NCBI RefSeq assembly: GCF_009914755.1
Contig: NC_060937.1
Length of the DNA: 64,000 nucleotides
Reading direction: 5' to 3' (one strand)
From: the human T2T-CHM13v2.0 reference genome, Homo sapiens
The notes beneath the pieces were generated by a model, which saw only the letters and a program-made list of their open reading frames with translations, made no database searches and was not told the DNA's origin. Position numbers and translations under genes: made by a program. Within the stretch, counting starts at the first letter, position 1. Every line of letters starts with the position of its first letter. Shown here one piece after another: positions 12,945-25,853 of this stretch.

Positions 12945-13850
12945 ATGACCTGTATTTTCTTCTAAATGATTTGAACACTTACACATCAAATTTGACTGTA
13001 ACATTTATCTGGAATTTATTTTTGTGCATAGTATAACATAGGGATATACTTTTATTTTGAATCATATAGTGAAGTAAAACCATACTGTAATGAATGCTAT
13101 AATTTTATAGGGAATATCTATCTTTCCTAAGCTTCTTCATAAATACTTAACAATTTTATTTTTGTATATATATATAAAATCAAATTATCTAAAAATATAA
13201 AATTTTGATTAGAATCATATTTATTTGCAGCAATGACAAATTTATGACTCTGAGAATTTCCATGTCTAAATTTAAAATTATTTATTGTAGTACATCTGTA
13301 ATAAAAATAATTTTCTTAAAAATATTTTATGTATTTATGTATTTCTTAGGTAAAGTCATAGGGCTATAATAATGTTCCCTGCACAAACTCCCTTGCCTGC
13401 CCCTGTGTAAGATGTGCCTTTGCTCCTCCTTTGCCTTCTGCCACGATTGTGAGGTCACCCCAGCCCTGTGGAACTGTAAGTCAATTAAATATAATAATGC
13501 ATTATTATATTGTATTTTCTTATACTTTTATATATGAATAACTTTTTGATTTTATAATGTTTTATAATATTACAGCATAAACACATTTTCTCTTCACTAG
13601 TATACATTGCTTGAACATACACTGCCACAATGTTGCAAATAAGCAATGTGATAAGGCATCCTTGTAAAGAGAATACTTGTGTTTTAAACATAAGGAAGAT
13701 CTTTGTAGTACTTTGATAGTAATACTAGTTATCAAGTTAAGAAAATTCTCTTATCTTCCATGTTTAAACAGTACTTTTCAAAACAGCATTCTGGATTATT
13801 GGGATCCTTCTATGATTAGTATTTAGCCCACGATTTTCATAAATTTCATT
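12945..13850 (-). mobile_element. Old L1M ORF2 remnant (resumes ~16140-16790)
   Basis: catttatctggaatttatttttgtgcatagt; tacattgcttgaacatac...gataaggcatccttgt; caagttaagaaaattctctt. Confidence 0.5.
13375..13492 (+). repeat. Isolated ~115-bp copy of the THE1 LTR interior flanked by 10-bp direct repeats
   Basis: About 10 mismatches to 14027-14144; tataataatg at 13365-13374 and 13490-13499. Confidence 0.9.
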
Positions 13851-13856
13851 AACAGA

Positions 13857-16136
13857 TTATGGTGTGGCTGTGTCCCTACCCAAATTGCACCTTGATTTAT
13901 ATTAATCCCCACATGTCAAGAATAGGGCCAGATGGAGATAACTGAATCATAGGGGTGGTTTCCATCATACTGTTCTTCTAGTAGTGAATAAGTCGCATGA
14001 GATCTGATAGTTTTATAAATGGGAGTTTCCCTGCACAAACTTCCTTGGCTGCCTCCGTGTAAGATTTGCCTTTGCTCCTCCCTTGCCTTCTGCCATGATT
14101 GCGAGGTCACCCCAGCCCTGTGGAATTGTGAGTCAATTAAATATCTTTTTCTTTATAAATTATAAAGTCTCAGGTTATGTCTTTATTAGCAGGATGAGAA
14201 CATATTAATATAGTAAATCAGTACTGGTAGAGTTAGGTGCTGCTCTAAAGATACCCAGAAATGTGGAAGTGACTTTGGAACAGGGTAACAGGCAGATAAT
14301 GGAACAGTTTGGAGGGCTCAGAAGAAGATAGAAAAATCTGGAAAAGTTTGGAACTTCCTAGAGACTTGGAAGGCTCAGAAGACAGGAGGATGTGGGAAAG
14401 TTTGGAACTTCCTAGAGACTTCTTGAATGCCATTGGCCAAAATGCTGATAATGATATGGAGAATAAAGTCCAGGCTGAAGTGGTTTTAGATGGAGATGAG
14501 GAACTTGTTGGGAACTGGAGTAAAAGTCACTTTTGCTATGCAAAGAGACTGGTGGCATTTTACCCCTGCCCTAGAGAGCTGCAGAACTTTGAACTTGAGA
14601 GAGATGATTTGAGGTATCTTGCAGAAGAAATTTATAACCAGCAAAGGATTCAAGAGGAAGCGGAGCATAAACATTTGGAAAATTTGCAGGCTGACAATGT
14701 GATAGAAAAAAAAACAAACCCCATTTTCTGGGGAGAAATTCAAGCCAGCTGCACAAATTTGCATCAGTAACAAGGAGCTGAATGTTAATTGCCAAGACAA
14801 TGGGGAAAATGTCTTCCAGACATTTCAGAGACCCTCCCATGAGAGGCTTGGAAGCCCATGAGGGAAACATGGTTTCCTGGGCCTGGCCCAGGGTCTCCCA
14901 GCTGTGTGCAGCCTAGTGACTTGGTGCCCTGTGTCCCAGCTGCTTCAGCCATGGCTAAGGCTCAGGCTGTGGCTTCAGAGGGTGCAAGTGCCAAGACTTG
15001 TCACCTTCCAAGTGGTGTTGAGCCTGCGGGTACACAAAGTGTAGAACTGAGGTTTAGAAACCTCTGCCTGGATCTCAGACGATGTATGGAAACACCTGAA
15101 TGTCTAGGCAGAAGTTTGCTGCAGGGGTGGAGCCCTCATGGAGAACCTCTGCTAGGGCAGCGCAGAAGGAAAATGTGGGGTCACAGACCCCACACACAGT
15201 CCCCACTGGGGCACTGCCTGGTAGAGCTGTGAGAAGAGGGCCACTGTCCTCCAGACCCTACAGTGGTAGATCCACTGACAGCTTTCACCTGTGCTCCTGG
15301 AAAAGCTGCAGACACTCAATGCCAGCCTGCAAAAGCAGCCTGGAGTGGGCTGTATGATGCGAAGCCACAGGGATGGAGCTGCTCAAGACCATGGGACCCA
15401 ACCTCTTGCATCAGAGTGACTTGGATGTGAGACATGGAGTCAATGTAGATCATTTTGGAACTTCAATGCTTAATGACTGCCCTATTGGATTTTGGACTTG
15501 CATGGGGCATGTGGCCCCTTTGTTTTGGCCAATTTCTCCCATTTAGAATGAGTGTATTTGTTAAATGCCTTTACCCACACTGTAACTAGGAAGTAACTAA
15601 CTTGTTTTTGATTTTACAGGCTCGTAGGCAGAAGGGACTTGCCTTGTCTCAGATGAGACTTTGGACTATGGACTTTTGAGTTAATGCTGAAATGAGTCAA
15701 GACTTTGGGGGGTGCTGTTGGGAAGGCACAGTTGGTTTTTAAAGTGAGTTCATGAGATTTTGGAGGGACCAGGGTGGAACGATATGGTTTGGCTGTGTCC
15801 TCACCCAAATTTCACCTTTAATTGTAATAATCACCACATGTCAGGGGTGGGTCCAGATCGAGATAATTGAATCATGGGGGCAGTTTCCCCCATACTGTTC
15901 TCATGGTAGTGAATATGTCTCATGAGATACGATGGTTTTACAAGTGGGAGCTCCCCTGCAGAAACTCTCTTGCTTGCCTTCATGTAAGAAGTACTTTTGC
16001 TCCTCCTTTGCCATCTGCCATGATTGTGAGGGCTCCTCAGCCATGTGGAACTGTGAGCCCATTAAAGCTCTTTTGGTTTATAAATTACCCAGTCTCAGAT
16101 ATGTCTTTATTAGCAACATGAGAACAGAATAATACA
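13857..16136 (+). mobile_element. Full-length THE1 (THE1B-like) MaLR provirus: 5' LTR ~13857-14212, internal 14213-15779, 3' LTR 15780-16136
   Basis: Both LTRs read tatggt(g/t)tggctgtgtcc...aata(t/c)a. The internal region carries the MaLR ORF remnant 14309..14770. Probable 5-bp TSD acaga/acagg. Confidence 0.95.
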
Positions 16137-17241
16137 ACAGGTTTTTGTAACATTAAAACATTATTGCAGTCTGTAAATCTTCCCTACCTAGCCATTACTT
16201 TTTAGTGGGTTTACATTGATATATTTTATTTAGTTAACTGGCATATCATTGGAATTTTTCTAATCAATTCCCGGAAATCTTACACCAGCAATTTTCTTAA
16301 TTCATTCGTCCTATTCTTTGATATATTGTATGTATTTTGGTATTGTGGTCATACTAGACTTACAAATTATCCAGGTTTTTCTATTTTCTAGAATAATAAA
16401 AAATATTGGTATTAGAAAATTTTAGAGATGTTGCCTATAAAACAATCTGGGAGTTATACATATTGTTTTATTACTATTTTTTCATTTTTTTAAGAGAGTA
16501 CAGTTTTAACTAACTGGTTTAATTGATTTAATAAATGTTGGCCTCTTCAGGTTTTGTACTTCTTCTGCAGTCCGTTATAGAAACTTGCAATGTTGTAAGA
16601 TATTTTTCAATTTGTCTAGTTTTTAAATTCATTGTTAGACATTTTTTCTAACATTTTCAAAATAACTCCTCAGAAAAAAATCCTTCTCTACATTTACATC
16701 TGCATAGATAGACAGACTGATAGATATACATTTATAACTGACAATACTCATAGATAATGTTTTTATGATTTTGGTTCTTATACATTTGTTGAGGATTATT
16801 TTAATGTTGTTAAGTAGCACATTACTTTATTTGAGAAATACCTTTCAACTTCTTGAACAATATCAATTGCCTGCAAGGCAGAGAAGCCTACTAGTTTCTT
16901 TCAGTTTCCCCACTCGTTTGAAAGTGATAATGATGCTTATCTCTGTGATCCATACATGACCATCTGACTGCATTTATTGGAAGATTTTTTAGAAATAATT
17001 AATATCCAACGAGTGCTAGTATTTGCTGTGATTGTAGTTTTATTCTCTTTGACTCTAAATTATCTATGATAAAGAGTAATACAGAGAATTAAAAAAACAA
17101 ACTTAGATAATATTACTAATTTTTCTCTTTCCAGGACATCTGTTTGACAATATTATAAATTGCTATCCATCTTTGTTAATAATAAGCATCCACAAATGTT
17201 AATTTTGAATATTTCAAACACATTTTAAATGCACTAATTTG

Positions 17242-18066
17242 GGCTAGGTGCAGTGGCTCATGCCTCTAATACCAATACTTTGGGAGGCCAAGGCAGGAGG
17301 ATTGCTTCAGTCCAGGAGTTCGAGACCAGCCTGGGAAACTTGGTGAATTTCCATCTCTACTATATATATTTATAAATATAATATTTATAGGTGCCAGGTA
17401 TGCACCGTTATGTCCAGCTAATTATATATATAGTTATATATTATATAAATATATATATAATACACATTTACATATTTTATATAAATATGTAAATTTTATA
17501 TAAAAATTTACAAATTTATATAAATAAAAATTACCTATTTTATAAAAATATATAAATATTTACATATTTTATATAAATTTGTGTATTTTATATAAATTAC
17601 ATATTATATATTTTATATAAATATATAACATATTTATATATAATATGTAAATGTGTATTATATATAATAGCTAATTTTATGTATAATATAAAATATATAA
17701 TATATAATTATATATAATATATATGTGAATAACATATAATATGTAATTATATATAATATATAATTATATATAATATATAATATATGCGAATAATATATAA
17801 TATATGTGAATAATATATAATATATGTAAATTATATATAATTATTTATATAATATATATATTGTGTGCATATATATATATATATATATATAATTAGCTGG
17901 ACATAGTGGTACATACCTGTAGTCCCAGCTATTTGCTAGGCTAAAATGGGATGATTGCTTGAGCCTGGGTGGTGGAGGTTGCAGTGAACTGAGACCACAT
18001 CACTGTACTCCAGCCTTGGTGACACAGAGAAAGCCTCTCTCAAAAAATAAAAATAAAAATAAAAAA
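17242..18066 (+). mobile_element. Single AluJ split by a ~530-bp AT-rich expansion of its central linker
   Basis: Left arm 17242-17360, right arm 17891-18041, then tail; TSD gcactaattt 17231-17240 / 18067-18076. Confidence 0.95.
17361..17890. repeat. AT-rich quasi-palindromic minisatellite
   Basis: Almost pure A/T; perfect inner IR 17452-17476/17642-17666. Confidence 0.9.
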
Positions 18067-18582
18067 GCACTAATTTCAAACTGTATAAATTTATATAAAA
18101 TTATGAATTTTAAATACTTTTAGTATATATATAATTCTATGGTATTTAATATGCAATAATTTTTTAGATATAGTTTCTCCTCTTTGATAAACTGAAAAAA
18201 ATGGCTATAAAAACATTGTGAAGTATAGATACCTTTTGGATGAGTGTTAATCATGATGTTTCCTGAACATTGACTCTATATTCTGAGCAGGACATGTACT
18301 CAGTGTAGAACGTATTTGAAAATTGCTGGTTGATTAAATAGTGTCTTATTCATGTACTTTATGAATTTATTAAAGTTAAGAAATCCTGGTCCCAAACCAG
18401 GGCTGCTTTACTAAGCTAGTTTATGGAGACAACACACTAAATTAAGAAGACTTGCTAGGATAAGATGGAATTCAACTCAAATTTTTTTTACGGACTTGTC
18501 TTCTCTGCTAAGTGGAAGTCATAGAGCTTTATTAGAAAGACAGGGCTCTGCTGGAAAGGATTGGCCTAGAACTCCATGAGTC

Positions 18583-19192
18583 TGTGAAAATAAGTAATTC
18601 AAAATTGGAACTGTTGAAACTAAATCATTTTGAGCCTTAAGGGAACGTGATTATTGAATGTGAGTCACCAAAACAGGCAGCTGCAACCTGGGCAGCTTTA
18701 ACCTTTGTTTCTCTGATTATAGATTAGTCTTTTCCTTACCAGCATTGTTTTATAGAATGTTGTAAATGATGAGAAGGCACTAGAGAATACCCTTTCCTCT
18801 TTAACTGTTGATCTTCATTATAGAGTAGCTTCTCTTTTTCCTCTCTCACACAGAGTTTATGACCTCACATTGTCTAAGATGTAATTTTAAATACACTCTT
18901 TTCAATTGGAAAAAATAAAAATCAAGCTGAAAAAATAACTGTATGGGAAAAGTAAACAAACTGTATCTAATTAAGTTGTTTTAACTCATAAACCAGGCTT
19001 GTAGAGTAAATGCTATTAATTTTCTAAATTTCTTTGTTCTCTGCCTATTTAAGTAAAACCTTAACTTTTAACTTTGGAGCACTGACTGCATTCCTTTAGT
19101 GTCCATTTTGCCCAAATGGCTATTTGAAGGTTTTCACTTGAATAAACTCTTTTAAACTGAATCCTGATTCTGTTGATTATTTCAGGTTGACA
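18583..19192 (+). mobile_element. ERV1 MER4-group solo LTR (MER65/LTR51-like)
   Basis: TG...CA termini (tgtgaaaataag...tttcaggttgaca), AATAAA at 19141, 4-bp TSD agtc 18579-18582 / 19193-19196. Confidence 0.85.
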
Positions 19193-19757
19193 AGTCAGAA
19201 AAAAAAGGCCAAACATTTGTTAGAAAAGCTGTTCTGCATTTCTAAGAAGCTCACAGATGATGTGAATTTTTTTTGTACTATTGACCACACTTAATAAGGC
19301 TGTAGAGAACTTCTGAAGTACTATGTGAGAATGAGTACATACATACTCACTTTTTTATATTGGTGGGGGATTGGGGTGGGTCGCTGGATTTCTTATGTGT
19401 TTTACCATGTGTTATGCTAGAAATACAGAAGGAGCTGTTAATACTTCTGCATTGGTTCAAATTGTTATTTTTACAGAATATAAGTGTATTTTCCTTCTGA
19501 TCAAACAAGTAAATTAAAGACTTCCAGTTTTAGCTCCATCATGTAAAAAGCTAGAATGTTGTCACTTTCATACTTAGATTAGAAAGAAAACTAAATGAAT
19601 GGCAAATCAATGATTTTTAATGCTCTGATCAGAAAGCTGAGAACACAGGGCAAACAGTTATTTATGTATCTTTGCCAGGGCATTTGTTTGCAATTGGTAA
19701 TGCTGTATCTTAGAAAATTAGAATTTTTAAATTTACTTGACATTGCTAAATGGTTAT

Positions 19758-20384
19758 TCTTGAGACTCAGGAAACAATACTCCAAAAGAAACCCTCAGAA
19801 GCAGTCTCAGAAGCAAAAGTTTTTCTCTGATCTTCTGCCCTCCTGTCTTTCAGTCTCATTCTCCCGTGAGGCAGGTCATAGAAACTAGAATTCCTCTTTC
19901 CCAAGGCAGGGCATAGAAACCAGAACCACTTTTCCCCAAAGTCAGCCATAAAACTTAAACATATTACTGTAACTGCTTTTTACATTTCTTTATGATAGTT
20001 GACCATAAAGAAATTATCTGACCTACACTGTTTGACTGTAGGTCGTAAGACTCCATCCCAGAAAGAATTCTGTCCCATACCCAGAAATGCATGGTTAGAG
20101 AGGCCAAGAAGAATCTAGAAAGACAGGTCTTGCTGGGTTTCCCCACTCAGTCTCATAACATTGGTTTATACCCCTTTTGTCTATCATATTTCTACATGGC
20201 CATCTATAGTTTGATAAATCCAAGCACAAAAATGGACAATTTCCTCTGTATGTTTGGGTCTTCATACTGAAGGTTCCCACGTACATGTTAATAAGACATT
20301 TTGTGTCTCTCTCCTCAATTAATCTGGATGATTTTTCAGCAAACCTTCAGAAGGCAAAGGGAAAACTTCCCCTTCACCTCTACA
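19758..20384 (+). mobile_element. MER39-like ERV1 solo LTR
   Basis: cctcagaagcagtctcagaagcaaaagtttttctctga...catagaaactagaattcctc...ttttcagcaaaccttcagaaggcaaagggaaaacttccccttcacctctaca; TSD ttat/ttat. Confidence 0.85.
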
Positions 20385-20419
20385 TTATCCTACCTTCAAA
20401 GATAATTTCTCCCAGTTAT

Positions 20420-21170
20420 CTTCAAGATTTAGTATTAGCAAACATTTAAATTTTGCCAATAAATGTTATATATCATAACTCATTTTTAAAATCTGAACTC
20501 CTTGCCTCATTATGCCATTGAAAACTATAATGCTTTCCTTGGCCACTTGTTTGCCTTTTCTGTCTGTTATATGTAAAATGTCTTGCCCATTTCTTGTCAT
20601 ACTCTCATTTCTTATACATTTTTAGAAGATGAAAAAATCCAAAACATTGTGAATACTACTTTTCTGTCAATTACATATGTTTTAAATTGTCTCACTAATG
20701 ATTGTCTGACTTTTCTTACTTTATTTTAGAGTGTTTATTTGTATAAATAAGTTTTCATTTCAATATTTTAAAATGAATAAATATGTACTTTATGCTTTGT
20801 ATTTTGGGTACATTTTCTGAGAAATACTCATTCCTCCTGATACTAATAAAATTAAGATTTCTTTTTAAATTTCGAATCCACCTGGATTCAATATTTACAG
20901 AGAGTATTTTTCCACATTAATACTTATTGTCAATGTGCTTTTCCATGAAATCCATCTTTCATACAGTAATTTTCAGCCACCCCTTTGGTTATGATTCTTT
21001 TCAATAGAAGAGAAGGCTGGTTTCTGAAACACCCGCACTGATCCATGTCCTGTTAGTATATTTCTATATAATTTATATAATGACTACACATGGCTTAAAT
21101 ATCTTTATAACTAACAGGACAAATTGACTCATATTTACTTTTCTTTTTCAAGTTACCTTCTTATATTTAT
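20420..21170 (-). mobile_element. Old L1ME ORF2 remnant
   Basis: tcttgcccatttctt; tcgaatccacctggattcaatattt; atatctttataactaacaggacaaat. Confidence 0.45.
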
Positions 21171-21270
21171 CTAAGCTAATACCTTCCCTCTACTATACTT
21201 AGTATCTTTTCCCAGCATCCACTCAGAAACATATGTACACACACACACACCTACACACACACAAACTTAC

Positions 21271-21655
21271 TATATTAGGATTCTCTAGAGGGACAGAACT
21301 AATGGATTATATAGATATATATTCCATTTATATATAAATATATATATATCTATATATATAAATATATATGTATATATGTGTGAATATGTATATATATATT
21401 TGAGAGCAGGAAGCATCCAGCACAGGAGAAAGATGTAGGCTGGGAGGCTAGGCCAGTCTCTCTTTTCACATTTTTCTGCCTGCTTATATACTAGCCATGA
21501 TGGCAGCTGATTAGATTGTACCCACCAAAATAAAGAGTAGGTCTGCCTTTCCCAGCCCACTGACTCAAAAGCGAATCGCCTTTGGCAACACTCTCACGGA
21601 CACACCCAGGATCAATACTTTGTATCCTTCAAGCCAATCAGTATTAACCATCACA
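21271..21655 (-). mobile_element. MLT2A-like ERVL solo LTR with internal (TA)n and an internal deletion
   Basis: tattaggattctctagagggacagaactaatgga...gaagcatccagcacaggagaaagatgtaggctgggaggc...attaaccatcaca; TSD cttac 21266-21270 / 21656-21660. Confidence 0.9.
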
Positions 21656-22379
21656 CTTACATTATATCTTTTCTCAATGATTGCTACACTCTCTAACTTT
21701 TGAGATTTAAGGAAAGCTTTACTCTCTTTGTTCTCTAAGATGATCAGAAATGTACTTATTTTCCCAATTTTGTGTTACTCTACAGGATTTTTCTCAGAGT
21801 CACCTCTTCTGAGAAGCCACTCCTGATTCTTACCATATTTAATACTAATTTTATTTTGCTGATCTCTGTCTCTCTAGGTAGTTGAAGTCAAAGGACATAC
21901 TAAAGTTGTCACAATATTTCCAAACGATATCACGGTGCCAGCTATATGAAAGACATTAAATACAAATTTAGAATAATGTGGATTCATGGGACAAAGATTT
22001 TAAAGATGGAAACAATGAAACATTGTTGCATTTGGCACTATATTTTAGGAAATGTGCTCATATTCAATCCCTACATTGAAGATAGTAAAACATTAAATAA
22101 AAAACAGTGAAAGTATCACTATAATCTTTTCCCCCATAAATTATTAAATTTACTTATTTTCAAATAAGAATCATTCAGAAAATAATGTATATTTTAAAAA
22201 TAATGCACACCTGTATATTCACACACTCACACATGTAACTTTTGCTTTGGGGGAAATTGTTTGGAATGAGTCATAGACAAGGTGAGTGAAGTTGTCTTAA
22301 GAACTCATTCCATCTAATTTTATCATGCACATGGTCTACAGTTAGCTGTGTTACATGTTTGCATGAGCTATAGGAAGTT

Positions 22380-22545
22380 ATGATAATTAAATTTTGTCAA
22401 TTTTTTATGTAAAAGCTGTGGCTCAGGGTGAATTTACATAGTATGTTAGAAGGTACAAAGCTAGTCAGAGGAAAACCATAATTAAACTCAGTTAAATCTC
22501 ATCCCTAATCCTATGAATGTACTACTTCTCTAAACTGCCTCACAT
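22380..22545 (-). mobile_element. MIR fragment
   Basis: attttttatgtaaaagctgtggctcaggg...aggtacaaagctagtcagagg. Confidence 0.45.
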
Positions 22546-22662
22546 AAATTAATTTGGAAAGAAAGATTCTCTTCATACAGTTAAACTAAAAACAAAAAAA
22601 CTCATTTAGGTTACTAATGTGACCTCCTTTATATTAAAAAAGGAAGAGAGGTCAATACTGTA

Positions 22663-22982
<320 letters not shown>

Positions 22983-24019
22983 TAAAATTTGCATAATGCT
23001 TTTTTTATTGAACATTTATAGTACTGGCAATGTGTTTAATCGAATCTATTGAAAATCATATGCTCCTGCTTCATGTCATTTATGTAATCTTCATCTTGGA
23101 TAAAATCAAAACAATAAATGAATTTGTTTGTGCTCAATATAATATTTGTACACTAAAATAAAAGTTTTAAATACTCTAAATTTGTTACTTTAAAATCCTA
23201 CGTGAATGATTTAAATAAAAAACTAAAAGTTTTGTAATTTCTCAAGGGGTGAATGGCTCAAAATAGCAATGTTGGTCTACTTAGTTTACCATTAACTTCA
23301 AAGTAGCTACTCTCTTAAAAACCTTTAAGCTCTTGAATCTCAAAAAAGTGTATTAGTTTGATAGAAATGTTTAATTAACTTTATTTTGCAAAAGCAACAA
23401 GTCTTATTTCATTTTTTTCTACAAAGCTTCTGATTTATAGATATAAAATAAAAAATCTTCCCAACCTCATACACATGAATCTGTTTTGATTTTAAACTTT
23501 TTATTTCTTCTTAAGAGATTACTTAAAATTACCAGATGTAGCATGACCAGACTTCCAGTTGAATTTAAAATAGTAAGATTAATACATAATTAAAAGGTAT
23601 GCAATTCTTCAGGCTGAAATCACCAGGGAGTAAATACTTTGTATAACTATTATTTAAAAAATTATATAGTTTAATGTTAATAGGTATTTTGATAATTTAA
23701 TTTTAATTCTCACAATTAGGTTTCAGGATCATCAATATTTAAATCAACCTTATTTGGGCAATATTTGGGCAGATTATTCACAAGTTTCATAAAGTTAACA
23801 GCCAAATAGGGATATAGTCAAAGTGTACTCAAAAATACAAGCCACTCTTTTATTTCTGTATTTAAAATGACATTATATATTTGTTACTAATATTTTTATG
23901 AAAAATATAAAAGTTCATATTTTACTTTTTTGTTTAAAATAGCAAACAGTGTTTATGTCTATTTTAATTTAAATAGATTATATTTCTATGTGTATCTATT
24001 TAGAGAGATAGTAGTGTAC

Positions 24020-24800
24020 AGTAAAGAAGGTCTTGATGTTCATAAAGCTTATATTCCAAGTAGGTAAGTTAATACACAAGCAAAAAAAGGCATGGACCAT
24101 ATTATAACTAAGTAGAATTTGACTGGCCTTTTGGTCACTTTAGGTAGTTCTCAATTGAAAGGCACATCTTCTCTAAGGATTCAACATAGGACAGATAGTT
24201 GAATAATATTCAGTCACTACAAATGCATAACAACAAAAAAAAGAAAATAGATATTATCCCCACACTCTCCGCTCCCTACACATAAAATTATTCCGTCTTC
24301 TGCAAAATAGGCAGAAAAGCTGAAACATTGTCTTCAAGGAAAAAGCCATTAGATGTGACAGACACGTGGACTGAGGTCAGATCTTACCAGGCCTTGGAAG
24401 TCATGGTCATGGATAATTCTATGATCAATGAGAAGATATTGGAATGTTTTAAGGAAGGTAACACTAGAGTCTGAATTTCATTTACTAATCTCACTTATTG
24501 GGAAGTGTGGTTGACGGGGAAAATCGAAGGCATAAAATCAATGACTTCATAGAATTCTAGGAGAGTCTTACGGTCATTTGAAGCAGTGTGATTAAGTTGG
24601 CTTTGGTAAAAATTGCTTCCTATCTGGAGCCAGAACCAAGAGGAGTCACTGATGACTGAAAATGCAGAGTAAAACATGCTTCTATTTAATAATACCAAGA
24701 ATGCAAACAATGGAGTTTTGAAAGGCAAGAGAGACATGACAAGACTGAAGTTTTCAGGTTTCTATGGATAACAACTGTGATATAAAAATTGAATATTATC
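24020..24800 (-). mobile_element. L2 fragments
   Basis: gttcataaagcttatattcc; gaggtcagatcttaccaggccttggaagtcatgg...agatattggaatgttttaagg. Confidence 0.5.
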
Positions 24801-25553
24801 AAGTCATCATTTAAAAAAGAGTGTGAAATGCAGGTAATGACAAACATACCTTGTTTTAGAAAGTTAGCAACATAACAACCAATTTTTAAAAAATATTTGT
24901 ATAAAGAGTACTTAAGTAAAAAGATAAATACTGGAAGAAACTGATATTTCTAAAAGATGACTCAAATTTACTTATATTCTAAAAGCAGTCTAAAATGAGA
25001 AAATTATATACAGTAGATGTCATACACACATGCACACACACATACATACATAACTAAATGCATGTACATAAATACATGTAATTAAAATTTTCATATAGAA
25101 GAAATAAAAGCAGATGAAGTTTGGGTGTTTGAGTGAAATTATGGATGGAAATATTGAAGAAAATAAATACTTCAAATAGTTAACAATAAGTTAATTGCCA
25201 ATTAGAAGAATAAAAATAGAACGTTCCCAACTCTAGCAAAAACCTAATAAATGAAAAGAAAATTGAAAAAGAACAAAGCAAACAAAAATACACAAAAATG
25301 AGATGCCAGAAAAATATTCTAAAATTATGCCAGTGAATGATTGTGTGAGTGTATTTAATCTACATATTCAAATTCACCTTGGTTAGATGATGTATTTTTT
25401 AAAGGCAGGCAATTTGATGTGGTTAGTAGTGAATACGTAGACAGAAGTGTAACAGTACTACTAGAAAATTGAGATATTATTAATGGCATGTGAATGACCA
25501 TGACCAAAGGTTTTGTATTTTTAGAGCAAACATTTAGGAATGAGTTACTCAAT

Positions 25554-25853
25554 CTTTCTTTTTTAAAATTTTATACAGGGTCTGGCTCTGTCACCCAGGC
25601 TGGAGTTGTGCAGTGGCACAATCTTGGCTTACTCCAACCTTTCTTCAGGCTCAAACTATCCTCCCACCTCAGCCTCCAGAGTAGCTGAGACTACAGGCAT
25701 GCACCACCATAGCCAGCTAGTTTTTGTATTTTTAGTAGAGATAGGTTTTGCCATGTTGCACAGGCTGGTCTTGAACTCCTGGGCTCAAAGTGATTTACCC
25801 AGCTCAGCCTCCCAAAGTGCTGGAATTACAGGCATGAACCACTGCGTCTGGCC
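25554..25853 (-). mobile_element. AluJ, full length
   Basis: acagggtctggctctgtcacccaggctgg...ttgaactcctgggctcaa; TSD tgagtta(c/t)tcaat 25541-25553 / 25854-25866. Confidence 0.95.

Noticed and set aside
21305-21400. (TA)n tract inside MLT2
   Set aside because: MLT2A/B LTRs commonly carry a microsatellite at this position
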